From Neophaeotheca triangularis (lineage: Eukaryota), in NCBI GenBank assembly GCA_054600435.1, contig BAAIJX010000030.1, positions 124,001-188,000 on the forward strand: a stretch of 64,000 nt of DNA, written 5' to 3'. The notes beneath the pieces were generated by a model that saw nothing but the letters and a program-made list of their open reading frames with translations, made no database searches and had not been told where the DNA came from. This document shows positions 30,029 to 41,644 of the stretch, in pieces; position 1 is the first letter of the stretch, and every line of letters begins with the position of its first letter. Made by a program: the position numbers and the translations under genes.

Positions 30029-30960
30029 ATGGCAGACAACAAGGAAATCAAGGAGGGCGATCAAGGTACGTGACTCGATGCGCTACGAGTCGCCTGAGTT
30101 TTTGCGACCCGCGCGCGTTTTTTCCAGGCCCCAATTCGCCCTTTTCATCCGAATCCCCCACGACCTTAGACGCGTCTCCTCTCGAGTGGCGGCCTGAGGC
30201 ACATATCCTACCTCGACCAATCACGTGGCTTCCCTTCCGTTGCCAATGCTTCGCCTCCTTTCCGCGCCATTGGAAGTGTCTGCTAACGCGTGAGCGACGC
30301 GTAGTCTCCTGGTCATGGGGCGGTGGCCAGCCTGGCGGCGAAGCCGTTGAGGTTGCTGAAAAGGGCGAGATTGCCATCGAGTCCAAGAAGGGCAACACCA
30401 TCAAGAAGAATGCCGATCCTGAGAACCCGGCTGTGCACGTTTCGCGCGAGGGCAATGATGTCGTGAAACGCGCCTCTGAGCTTGAGGTCGAGGAGGAAGG
30501 CGACAAGCATAAGGAGGGCGGGGACGACAAGAAGGAGGACGGCGAGGGCGAAGAGAAGGATGAGGGAGAGCAAGGGAAGAAGGACGACGACGCCGAGAAG
30601 AAGGACGATGATGCTGAGAAAAAGGGCGGTGAAGATGAGAAGAAGGAGAGTGAGGAGAAGGAGAGTGAGGAGAAGGAGAGTGAGGAGAAGGAGGATGACG
30701 CGAAGACTGGCGAGAAGCGCAAGGCCGAGGATGACGCTGAAGCCGACGAGGGTGCTTCGGACGCAAAGAAACAGAAGAGCGACGACGAGCCCAAGGCCAA
30801 TGGCGAGGAGAAGTCCGCGCCGAAGAAGAAGGGACGGCCTGCGAAGAAAGACGCCAATGGCAACGCCAACGAGAAAAAGGAGTCAGCCAAAAAGAAGGAG
30901 CCCAAGAAGGCCGCTACCGCTACCGGCGAGCCTAGGCGTAGTGGCCGCAACAGGTCGTAG
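30029..30960 (+). CDS. Hva1/TUDOR-like (DUF2945-type) protein with acidic EKES repeats and an AT-hook-like tail; intron 30066-30304
   Basis: MADNKEIKEGDQ|VSWSWGGGQPGGEAVEV...ESKKGNTIKKNADPENPAVHVSREGNDVVKRASEL; KKKGRPAKK. Confidence 0.8.
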
Positions 30961-31566
30961 GGTTTGCGCGGTCATTCGCGTCGCTTTAACCCGGCATGCG
31001 CGAGTAAGCGCGACGAGGTAACGATGTGAGCGATATCGATAAGTTACGGGTATGGTGGGTCGGGTGGATCGAGTGGCGCTATCGGATGGAAATGGAGGAT
31101 CGAAGGCAGTATCTAGGGGTTATTGCCTCAAAAGCAGCTTCACTATGCCAGTCCGGGTTGGTGTATAGTACCTACTGCCATGCCTTTTGCAGGAGATGAT
31201 CTCTATCAAGTGTATTTTCACGCTTTCAATTTTCTCGTCAAACTCTATGTCATTCCCCTCGATATCCAGGTACATGAGGTTCCTAGGTAGTTAGGTATCT
31301 TATTTGGCGTTCAATACCTACGTCTACACTGCGTTGGCCCGTGCACACAAAGTAATATGGCGAGGCGAATGCTTCAGCTTCACATCTGATGTTTGAGTCA
31401 ACAACAACACAGCCAGCACACCCTTGAAAGTAGCAAGCCAAAGCAAAAAGTGATTCCCAGCTCTCAACTGTGTCACTCTTACTCAACAAGCTAAGTGAAA
31501 GCATAACTTGCTGTCTGAACAACTCGTCCAGCCGCCAAATTTCATCTCCAAACCACTACCTCAAAA

Positions 31567-33274
31567 ATGAAGACGGACAATTACATGACGCACTGCCTTG
31601 AGCAGGCCGCTAAATCCCCTCTTCACTACCGCCATGGCGCGATTGTCGTTCGCGGCGGCAAGATCATCGGCCAGGGCTACAACGACCACCGCTCTAAGTA
31701 CGACGGCGGCGCCCTCAAAAATGGTCGCATCGCGGGCAGCGCTCTCCACGGCGCCGCTATGGCCGAGCTCAAGGAAAAGCTGAAGAAGCAGAAAAAGTCT
31801 TCGCCGCAGCCGCAGCCGCAGCAGTCGCCAAGCAAGTCCTTCACACCCTTCGAGGGCACCGGCGGCGGACCTTCAGCCAACGGGCCTCTCAGCATGCACT
31901 CGGAGATGATGGCGCTCAACTCTGCCCTCGGCGCTTCCTCAACCATGGCCTCCAGCACCTTCTCGCAGGAAAAGCCGTGCTTCAAACTACCGGGTGGTCA
32001 TGGTAAACGCAAATCGCGACTACGCCGTGAGGCGCTCGAGCAGTACGTGCGCGAGATTTGCGCGACCGTCGCACCCGGGTCTGCGGCCGGTAGCGCGGGG
32101 TGGCAGGTTCAAGAGTGCGGTTTTGAAGCTTCCGCACTTGGACGCGGTGAGGCGGACGAAGGACTCGGGCAACAATCGGCACGAGTACGAGGGAAACAAC
32201 AACGAGGAGTACAAGGCGGGCAACAACAACAGAAGGTTAGAGAAGAAGGCGCTTGCAGGTCCTCTTCACAGGGGTCGCGGGTTTCAGGCTTCCCTGGGTG
32301 GCGGGAAACATCACAGTCATCAGAACCGGAAGCAGAAACAGAACGGGACACAGAACGAGAGTGTAGGTCACAAGTATCAGAGTCAATACTCGTACGGCCT
32401 TTCTGGACAACAACAGGTGTCACAACAGAGACAACAGCGATCGCTGTCTGAGTCTAGGACGAAGTGTGAGCCACGCAAAGATGCTGAGTTGACGAGTTAT
32501 GACAACGGTAACGATCATGATAATGGTATGAAGGATGTTCCGAAGGCAGCAGCGCCGAGTCAGGGCAAGCCACAGAAGGACTACAAACGGGTAAGTCATG
32601 ATGCCATGTACAGAAAAGGGTCACTTGTTAACGCAACTCAGTCTGGAAAGATGAAAGCACGGTCGCCAGAGCCTCCACGGCCAGAGCCAATGCTGCTACC
32701 AACCGGCCAGGCATCGCACAGTTTGAGCGACCGCAAGAAGCATCCCCGCCTCAATGGCGCAGACCTCTACGTCTGCCGCTTAGGCTGGCCCAAGGGCAAC
32801 ACGGGCGATACAACTAGCAAGAAAAAGTCTCAAGGAGCCAGTGGCACCCTCCCAACCCAGCCCACAGTCAACGAGCAAAACGAAAACGCTATTGCGGGCT
32901 CTTCAAGTTCAAACACTATCTCGCCTGCTCGTTCCTTGCACGACGAACTCACGTGTACTGCCACTGCACCAGCCGAGAGCTCTCAGCCCGCTGGCAAGTC
33001 GACCGGCGATGTCAGCCACGGCGTTCGGGCCTCAAGACCGTGCTACCGTTGTATCGCTTACATGCATTCAGTAGGCATCAAGCGCGTGTTTTGGACCACC
33101 GACGAGGGGACGTGGGAAGGGGGAAAGGTTAGGGATTTAGTTGACGCTTTGGAACGGTCTTATGAGGGGAGTAAACAGGGCGAGGATGGTAAGGAGAATG
33201 GGATTCTTGGAAACGGTGTCTTCGTTACGAAGCATGAGGTTTTGATGTTGAAGAGGATGATGGGGGATGGATAG
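31567..33274 (+). CDS. Cytidine/dCMP-deaminase-like zinc enzyme with a large low-complexity insert; frame 1 N-half joined to frame 2 C-half (candidate intron 32043-32106; in-frame intron 32591-32641)
   Basis: Frame 1: CLEQAAKSPLHYRHGAIVVRGGKIIGQGYN...SMHSEMMAL. Frame 2: RLNGADLYVCRLG...SRPCYRCIAYMHSVGIKRVFWT. Second intron GTAAGT..GTTAAC..CAG, 51 nt. Confidence 0.8.
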
Positions 33275-33764
33275 TAGGATGTAGAGAAGTCCATGTCTAC
33301 GTTTCTTGCCTCCCCCTTAGGACCCCTGCGACTTCCGAAGTTAATCCGGTGTTGCGACTGCAATTCATCTTTCGTAATTAACACCATGAGTTAGCATCGG
33401 TGGAACATCAAGACTCATCGAGTTCAATTGTCAAGCGCGCCTCATACGATGTCTTCTGCAGGTTATTGAGGCTAGGTGCTTCGTCTTCAAGATCGATATC
33501 GACCCGGTTCCTGGATCGCTGCAGACCGGGGGTTTAAAGGTACAGCTACGTCACGCGAGCATCACTTGACCTGGCAGGCCCTTCGAGGCATCCACCTCCT
33601 GGAAGTGGGACATGGATTACCCCTCCCCCTCCTATAACAGCCACAATCAAAATTTCCCCTTCTCTTCACACAAAGCCCTCAGCTTCAATCAGTACAGCAT
33701 CAAGCTACCATAAACCAAACGTCTCTACCAAACCAACCTCCAAACCCCCCCACATCTACACAAC

Positions 33765-34126
33765 ATGCCTCGTGACGGATCCGGCGCCGGCGACAACGCC
33801 ATCGAGAACAGCCACAACATCGTCCACGGCAACGACCAGGGCAGCAAGGACGTAAGCAATCTCCCCATCACCCAACAAGACCCCCCATTCCCAACCCAAC
33901 CTCAAGAATCAAAACTAACCAACCGACCCCCAAGGCCCCTGCCTCCTCCGGCGTCGACCGCTCCAACAAGGCAGCACCGATGCCCCAGGCCGAATCCGGC
34001 GAGGCTCTCGAAGGCATGAACGCCTCCGGCGGCGGCAGCCAGGCCAACGTCCAGGGCACCGGCAACAGTGGGCTCGGTGACGCGAAGCCCAGCGTTGACA
34101 AGATTGCTGAGAATGCTCAGAAATAA
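33765..34126 (+). CDS. Small (92 aa) hydrophilic Gly/Ser/Asn-rich protein of unknown function; intron 33852-33934
   Basis: MPRDGSGAGDNAIENSHNIVHGNDQGSKD|APASSGVDRSNKAAPMPQAESGEALEGMNASGGGSQ...ENAQK*. GTAAGC donor, CTAAC branch, strong C-ending codon bias, TATAA at about 33633. Confidence 0.8.
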
Positions 34127-34791
34127 GGGACGGTGTCTTGTTTCGGCTGATGAGAGAGAGTTGAGAGCTTAGACGAATGGGTGTGTTGGGTTGGAACAGC
34201 CACGTTTGCTGGCCGTTGAAAGAGGTTGCGGGGTGGTGGTGACTCGGGGGCTGGACAGCTGGGGATGTGGCATGAATGGATGCATGGGCATGATAATGTG
34301 TTGAAAAGCATAGGTACGAGCGAATTGATATGTTTTATCAAATGATACTGAATGCTTGAGTTTGGCCAACGTCTATGGAAGATCACGCCACTCAGTGTCA
34401 TGGCGACCGCGGTATGCGTGACTGACTCCAGATTCGACGGCTTCCTGTTGTCATCCAATTACTGCGCAGTACACTTTGATGCCGATGGCGAGTGACCTGG
34501 TTGAAATTGACGGGCGTTTTAGGGTCAGAGTTTGGGTGCGCTAAGAAATTGACCGAAGGAGGTTTTATCAAACGTCTCCTTGGTACATTTCGGAATAATG
34601 TGCTCGTAGTGGCGAAGAATTTACTCTTCCTAAGCTCGCATTGTATGGGGTTTGATTCTCAAAGGGGTCCAACGTAGCTATGGCCTGTCTCATACTTGGC
34701 GCGTTCGGCCAGAATTCAGATGATGGAGCCAGAGAAGAAATTAAACAACCAGGTTGCGAGTATGTGCTACAAATACGAACAGCCCGCACCG

Positions 34792-36501
34792 CTAAAACGA
34801 AACATCCCCTCCAAAGCCCACAGGCCGTCTCCTGGCCCCACCCTCTTTACTAGGCGTATGCGGCACAATAGCCATGACCTGGTACAACCGCCCCATACCA
34901 TGCGGTCCTGTATCTACCAACCTCTTCCAACCCCCCTCAACCCTCTTAACCAACTCGGTCAGTTTCTCCTTCTCACCCTCAACCCCACCACCTCTCTCGC
35001 GATCCACAGCCCGCTTGACAAGCTGCGCCACTCGCTCCTCGATACCCATAGCCGCCAAAAACCGTGCCTGGTCGACGGGGCCATGCACTTCGACGCCAGG
35101 GGAGGCATTGATGGCGCTCTCGGCCAGAGCGATGAAATCCACGTCTGCGGAGATGTCGGTCGTGCCTGGCGAGTCGAGTGGAGAGACGCGGGTGTGGGAT
35201 TTGATGCCGCGAAGCGAGTTGGTGGGGATGGTTGCAGGTGGACCGTAGTCGATTATCAGCGCTGCGCCTGAGGGCTGGGGTTTCAGGACCGGTTCTTCGA
35301 AGGGTTTGGAAGGCACTTTGCGGCCGCTCGAGGGTGATTGTTGGGGGTTAGGGGAGGGTGGGTTGGAGCCACCAAGGCGGATGGCGAAGTCGCGCGTGTA
35401 GGTTTGGCTTTCGGGGCTGATTTCTATGGTGGCGCCGTCGGTGTTTTTGAGGGCTTGGTACCTGGCTGAGGTCTCGGGGAGGTAGAGGGAGTGCGGTGTC
35501 GAGGCTTTCGCCATTGTTAGCTCGAATTCGGGTTCACCTTGTATGAGTCTGTGTGGGGGCTTGGGCGAGACGACTAGTTCTCGCCATTGGTGTTGGCGGG
35601 CCGCCGAGGGCAGTCGTTTCGGAGCTGGGATCGGGCCTGTTGGTGTTTGCAATGTTGATGAGTCTTCGCTCGACTGTGGTGCAGGGGGTACAGCCTGGAA
35701 AACGTGAATTGGCAGAGCGTCGAAGAATTCGTGGGCGACGATGAAGGGTGTCTTGCTTGCTTCCTTAGGTACGAAGCGGACGTCTTCGGTCCATACGATC
35801 TTGAGATCCTTGGAGTGCTGGCTGAAACTTTGGTATCCGGTCTCGGTCTGCTGAAGGGGGTTGTCGCCACACAGACGCTTATGTTGCGCCTCTCTCAGAT
35901 TAGGGCTGGACTCGACCAGGTAGACCGCCTCAATGGCTTTTGCAAAGGCTGGAAAATTGCGAATAGTCTGTCCTCTGGTCAGCGTAAAAGCCTCAGTATC
36001 GCCTCTCTATCCGCAACTCACCCGTAGCATGTCATCCATTAGCGTTCCCCTTCCTGGCCCTACTTCCATCAAATGCACGCCCTCGCTCTTTCGACCCTGG
36101 GCAATCCATTCAGCAACAACCCACACCCCTATCAGCTCTCCAAACACCTGTGAGATTTCGGGAGACGTCACGAAGTCGCCTTTGACACCGAACTGATCCT
36201 TCTCACTTCCAGTTGTAGACGTATAGTATCCACCCAAGTCCGAGGTGAGGCATTGTCGCATGTAGGAGGCCACTGGGATCGGCCCAGTAGTCTGGTCCCA
36301 TTTTAGCAATTTGAATAGATACTCGGTCTGACACATACGTACTGTTATGGCCTCAGCTAGTTGTCTGGCCAGAGGTGTCGACCACTTGTGCCCTTCTTCT
36401 GTCGAGCTCCATCTTGCGCCGGAGACTCGGCACCTCCTAGTATTGAACTGCCCTACATTACGAGACAGCTGCCTCGCCGTTCGAGCGAAACTGCTCCTCA
36501 T
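34792..36501 (-). CDS. NDUFAF7: Mitochondrial protein arginine methyltransferase NDUFAF7/MidA; exons 36501-36343, 36291-36022, 35967-34792
   Basis: GPIPVASYMRQCLT, GDFVTSPEISQVFGELIG, EVGPGRGTLMDDMLR, AHEFFDALP, IIDYGP, DISADVDF, GMGRLYQVMAI. Confidence 0.92.
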
Positions 36502-36688
36502 ATTATATGACCGAAATCCAATTCGAGATTGAATATGGACAGAGAAAGTAGTTAGAAGTTCGAAGTTCACAGTTCGAAGTGTGAAGTCTGAGATGCGTGA
36601 AGCTCGGAGCTTCTCTTCAACTCGAACCAAAGCAACAATTTGTGGCAGATCGACCAACCCCCCTCGACAAGACCAATTTCACTTCACA

Positions 36689-38145
36689 ATGGTTTCACGA
36701 TGGGCAGAAACGGCTGAGGATGCTGCAGAGGACGCTCGGCGGAAAGCAGAAAAGGAAGAGAAGAAGAGACTGAAGGTAGAAAGGCAGCGGCGCGAGGAAG
36801 AACAACAACGACAGGCCGCTACACCGCAGGCAAACGGCCAGACCGAGGACGAGGAAGCTGCGGACCGACCGAGCAAGAGAAGACGTTTGTCTGACGAGGA
36901 GGAAGCAGAAGGTGGCACTCCAGGGCGACAACTACTTCGTTTCCAACCTCCAAGCTGGCAGTCTTGCCGCTCGGTGGAGCGTTTTGATCGGCTGAATCAC
37001 ATCGAAGAAGGCAGCTATGGCTACGTTTCAAGGGCGAAAGAGGAGGCATCGGGAGATATCGTCGCGATCAAAAAGCTGAAACTTGATCCAGTGGCAGATG
37101 GAGGGTTCCCCGTCACCGCTTTACGAGAGATTCAATGTCTTACCGCTGCAAAGCACCGGCATGTTGTCGAGCTTCGAGAGATCGTCACGGGCGAAGGAGA
37201 AGCGAGAGGGGACGTGTATCTGGTGATGGATTTCGTTGAGCACGACTTGAAGACTTTGCAAGAGGAAATGGAGGAACCGTTCGTGACGTCTGAAGTTAAG
37301 ACTCTGCTACTCCAACTGGCTTCCGCCGTTGAATTTCTACACGATAATTGGATCTTACATCGGGATCTGAAGACATCCAACATCTTGATGAACAACCGAG
37401 GCGAGATCAAGCTCGCGGACTTTGGCATGGCACGCTTCTGTGGCGATCCTGCTCCTTCCAACCTCACGCAGCTGGTAGTGACGCTCTGGTATCGGGCACC
37501 GGAGTTGCTGTTAGGTGCAAAGACATACGACAGCGCTATCGACATGTGGAGCATTGGCTGTATCTTTGGGGAGCTCCTCACAAGACAGCCGCTATTGCAG
37601 GGGAAGAACGAAGTCGATGAGCTGAGCAAGGTGAGTTAGGCACTCCAGTCTATGCAAGGCTGGAAAGAAGCAGTTGCCCATTCAAAGCCCTTTCGTTAAT
37701 GAATGCACAGATCTTTGAGCTATGCGGCATCCCATCCAACGAGAGCTGGCCCGGCTTTAAAGCTTTACCCAATGCGCGAAGCCTTCGCCTTCCTACAGGA
37801 GACAAATCGGCCGAAGGCAGCATCATCCGCGCAAAATTTCCAACGATCACCAATGCTGGAGTTGGCCTTATGAACTCTCTGCTCTCCCTAAACCCCCAAA
37901 ACCGACCTACCGCGAAACATATTCTCGAGCACCCATATTTCCACGAGAACCCCAGACCAAAGCCTACCGCAATGTTCCCCACTTTTCCTAGCAAGGCTGG
38001 GCAGGAGCGACGAAGACGTCATGCAAGTCCGAATGCTCCTGTGCGTGGCGCTGCGCCAGTTTTGGGCCAAATGGATTACGGGTCCGTCTTCAGGGGTAGA
38101 GAAACGGAACAAAAGGGTGGGGGCTTCCAACTGAAGGTTGGCTGA
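36689..38145 (+). CDS. CDK11: CDK11/PITSLRE-type cyclin-dependent kinase; intron 37631-37710
   Basis: CRSVERFDRLNHIEEGSYGYVSRA, GFPVTALRE, HRDLKTSN, LTQLVVTLWYRAPELLLG, MFPTFPSKA. Confidence 0.9.
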
Positions 38146-38191
38146 GCATACTTCGGCACACTCCATCCCGTTCCTTGGTATGTGGGTATCT

Positions 38192-39153
38192 TCACAGCTT
38201 CGACCCTCCGACTCGACCCTTGCTATGACGATAGTCGTAGTGCCAATCTTTCGTCGAAAGATCGGCACGGACTTGGTAGTTTGCCTCCGCATCTTCGAGG
38301 ATCGCCATGTCAACATCAACAACAGCCAAGCCTTCAGCAGAGCTCCCAAGTCGAGTAAGGGCTCCAGCGTAGGGCACGCAAACTTGAGACAAACCTGCGT
38401 AGCCTTTGCCAGGTGGTCCACCGGCATTTGCAAACACGACAGCTAGTACGGCAAGTCAGTGGAATCGAACAGACTCGCCGAGATTGGAGAGAAGGGTATA
38501 CACATACCACAGGTGTTCTCGAAACACCTAGCAGTCAGCATAGAATCAAGAAACAAGCCCTCCGAGGTTGGATTGACCGCCAATCCCTTTTCCGAACAAT
38601 CGCTCAGCGTCCAGAAGGTCGGTACAATGACCATCTTCGCTCCTTGCGCAATCAACTCTCTCCACGCCTCAGGAAAAGCCAAGTCCCAGCAAATGAGTAA
38701 GCCAACCTTTCCCAGCGGCGTGTCGAAAACAGGATGCACGTCTCGCGTCGAGGAAACGAGGTGCTTCCTCTCAATATCGCCCCATAGATTCTTCTTGACG
38801 TACTTGCCTGCTATTTCGCCCGAGCTGTCGATGAAGTAGGCGACATTAAGCAAGCGTTCTTCAATGGTCCCCTGATCATGTAGCTCGACTAACGTGCCAG
38901 GGACGAGATTGATAGAGAGCTCTTTTGCCAATGCGCGATACCGCTGGAGGTAAGTTTGCCAGGTGCTACAGGCTTGTTTGAACTTTGGGTCGTTGGGGAG
39001 CCAATTTAGTAGGTGGTATTCAGGGAGTACCGCGAGGTCGGCTTTTTGTAGTGCTGCGGCGCGGATGAATGACTCGGCCTTGTTGTAATTATGCTCCGGT
39101 GACATGGGCTTGGGGTGCATTTGGATCACTGCTATCTTGTAGACGGGAGCCAT
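38192..39153 (-). CDS. Carbon-nitrogen hydrolase (nitrilase superfamily) with C-terminal SKL; intron 38507-38443
   Basis: Triad motifs LAVLPEY, YVKKNLW, GLLICWDLAFPE; ARCFENTC|AVVFANAGG; ends GGSKL*. Confidence 0.9.
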
Positions 39154-39542
39154 GTTGAGGCGAGGCGTGTCGTGAGGCGAATCACGAGTGGGATGAAGTG
39201 AGTTGATGAATCAAGTGAAGCGAACTGATTGTTTGTGTAAAGTGAGTTGATGTGGTTTGAACGCAGACAATAGACACCCCTTTCAATAAGGAAACCACTT
39301 GCTTTTGTCCTAAAAGAGAACCTAGGTAGTGCTGGTAGTGAAGGTTAGGTACGGGCGGGGTCGTCTTCGATACCTTCACGGTTATTACTACTCTGTAGAG
39401 GCTCGAAATCTTGGCATTGGCCCCACAAAAAGCGCGCCAGCAACAATTTCCCCAAGCGCACTCCCACGAGCAACCTCACCACAGCGAGCTCACCGGACAC
39501 TCCTTCAGCATCTCCAACAAGACCTTGATATTCACCGCGAAC

Positions 39543-41048
39543 ATGTCTGTCCGTCAAGCGCCAGGATACCAACAGGGTGGAGAGGGAAGGAATGTGGAGC
39601 CCGATTCCGACGTTGAAGAGGAGGGACTTGCGAACGAGGCTAGCGAGCAGATGAAGTACGACGACGGCGACGGCTACGATCTCGACAGGTCGATATCAGT
39701 AGGGAGCGGGCCACAGGACATTCAAGGACAACTGGCGGCAGCAGCGCAGCCTCTCGAATACGGCGCGACAATTGAGACCAAGATCCAGAGCTACGACAGC
39801 TACTGCAACCTGTTTCACTTCATATTGAACAGCGATGGGCCGGTGGACATTGAACCGCCATCTGTAAGTGGGCTTATCGGTACGGCAAACTTCGAATGGG
39901 TGCTAACAAAGCAAAAGTACTTTTGGGCTTGGGACGTGATTGACGAATTCATCTACCAATTCAACTCCTTCTGCAGCTTCAGACAGCGTGTCGCCCTCAA
40001 CCAAGCAAACAACACGGCCAACGAAGAAGAGGTAACTTTGTTGCGCGAGAACCCGAACACCTGGGGCTGCTACTCTGTACTCAACGTGCTGTACTCCCTC
40101 ATCCAGCGCAGCCAAATCAGCGAGCAGCTCGCAGCACGCAAGAGAGGCGAAGACAGCTCCCTCTACGCTGGCGAGTATGGTAACAGGAGCCTATACCAGA
40201 TGCTCGGATATTTCTCCATCATCGGCTTGCTCAGGGTGCACTGCCTTCTCGGTGACTTCAGCCTGGCTCTCAAGACTCTCGACGACATCGAACTTAACAA
40301 GAAGGCAATGTTCGCTCGTGTCATGGCGGCCAACTTCACCACCTACTACTATGTCGGCTTCTCCTACATGATGATGCACCGCTACGCCGATGCCCTCCGA
40401 GCTTTCAACCACATCCTCATCTACGTCAGCCGCACCAAGAACTTCCAGAAGGGCGCGCAGTACGACAGCATCACCAAGAAGAACGACCAGATGTACGCTC
40501 TCGTAGCCATCTGCGTTGCCTTTTCGCCTACCAGGCTCGATGACACCATCCACACTGCGCTCAGGGAGAAGTACGGAGAGCAGCTCACCCGCATGCAGCG
40601 CGGCGGCCCAGAGGCGCTGCCCATATTCGAGGAACTCTTCCGCTCGGCCTGCCCCAAATTCATCTCCCCCACTCCGCCAGACTTCGACAACCCTCAGCTT
40701 AATGTCGACCCCGTCGATCACCATGTTGCCATCTTCATGGAGGAGGTCAAGAACAACATGTGGAGCCCGACTGTTCGCAGCTACCTCAAGCTCTACACTA
40801 CCATGGACCTGAACAAGCTTGCTGGTTTCCTCGAAGTCGACCCAGCCCAGCTGAGAGGCTGGCTGTTGGTCAACAAGCAGCGATCGAGGCAGGTCAGGCA
40901 CAACGAGGGTCCGTTGCTTGAGGGAGAGGTCGCCAACACTGTGGACCTCGACTACGCGATGCAGGGTGATCTTATTCACGTTTCTGAGGCAAAGGTGGGC
41001 AGGAAGCTGGTGGATTGGTACTTGAGGAACCTCGCGAGGACCTACTAG
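39543..41048 (+). CDS. EIF3L: Translation initiation factor eIF3 subunit L; in-frame intron 39864-39917
   Basis: WAWDVIDEFIYQFNSFC, LYQMLGYFSIIGLLRVHCLLGDF, FEELFRSACPKFI, RSYLKLYTTM. Confidence 0.93.
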   Translation: MSVRQAPGYQQGGEGRNVEPDSDVEEEGLANEASEQMKYDDGDGYDLDRSISVGSGPQDIQGQLAAAAQPLEYGATIETKIQSYDSYCNLFHFILNSDGPVDIEPPSVSGLIGTANFEWVLTKQKYFWAWDVIDEFIYQFNSFCSFRQRVALNQANNTANEEEVTLLRENPNTWGCYSVLNVLYSLIQRSQISEQLAARKRGEDSSLYAGEYGNRSLYQMLGYFSIIGLLRVHCLLGDFSLALKTLDDIELNKKAMFARVMAANFTTYYYVGFSYMMMHRYADALRAFNHILIYVSRTKNFQKGAQYDSITKKNDQMYALVAICVAFSPTRLDDTIHTALREKYGEQLTRMQRGGPEALPIFEELFRSACPKFISPTPPDFDNPQLNVDPVDHHVAIFMEEVKNNMWSPTVRSYLKLYTTMDLNKLAGFLEVDPAQLRGWLLVNKQRSRQVRHNEGPLLEGEVANTVDLDYAMQGDLIHVSEAKVGRKLVDWYLRNLARTY

Positions 41049-41644
41049 ATGATTTAGGATGGAGGGCGAAGCACGGCGTCAAGGCGTCTTTGGCATGAGA
41101 CTGCTAGCATTGCGAAGGCGCTTGGAGGGAAAAGCCACCACTCGGCACAGGTGGAGACACTTTGTCTACCGTGGTAGCGATGACTACCGAGGTACCTTGA
41201 GAGCATGCAATGGCATTCAAAAAGGGGATCGAAGCACAGCTTTCCCCTTGCTGCTATCGAGCGATATATGCTACGTATCAAAGTTTTTGTGAAAATGAGC
41301 ATTACTATAGTCTCGCCAGCAGTGTAGAATGTTTGAGTGCAATTTGCCACCAAGCCTAAGGCTCTCATAGTGCGTCAGACGTGCATGAGGTCCGAGGGTA
41401 GCCCCGCCAACCTGAAGTTTTCTGGCTCCCTCCCTTCCGCTTTGGTAAAATTTGAGACTTGCCCACACACACGCCACTTTCAAGGCCTCAACTTTCCAGT
41501 CACTTCTCCTACAACAACTCTCCGCGTTCTTGTCCGCCCTCGGACTCTCGACAAGGGCAACCAATTACATCACTCATTTCAAAACATCCACCAACCAAGT
41601 TCTCACCCAAGCAGCACTCGCTCATCAACCAGAAATACGCCAGA

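Noticed and set aside
32118..32126. CGG TTT TGA, resembling an antizyme-type UUU_UGA +1 site
   Set aside because: It lies in frame 3, which is not the frame of the deaminase N-half, and there is no antizyme homology.
32392..32641. Alternative 250-nt intron (GTACGG donor) that would also join the deaminase frames
   Set aside because: Codon bias already switches to frame 2 by about 32140, and the acceptor has a perfect GTAAGT donor at 32591. Not excluded, but less likely.
35574..35967. Apparent frame break in NDUFAF7 in the ORF track
   Set aside because: Manual translation shows a continuous frame from the exon 3 acceptor; the track simply started at an internal TTG.
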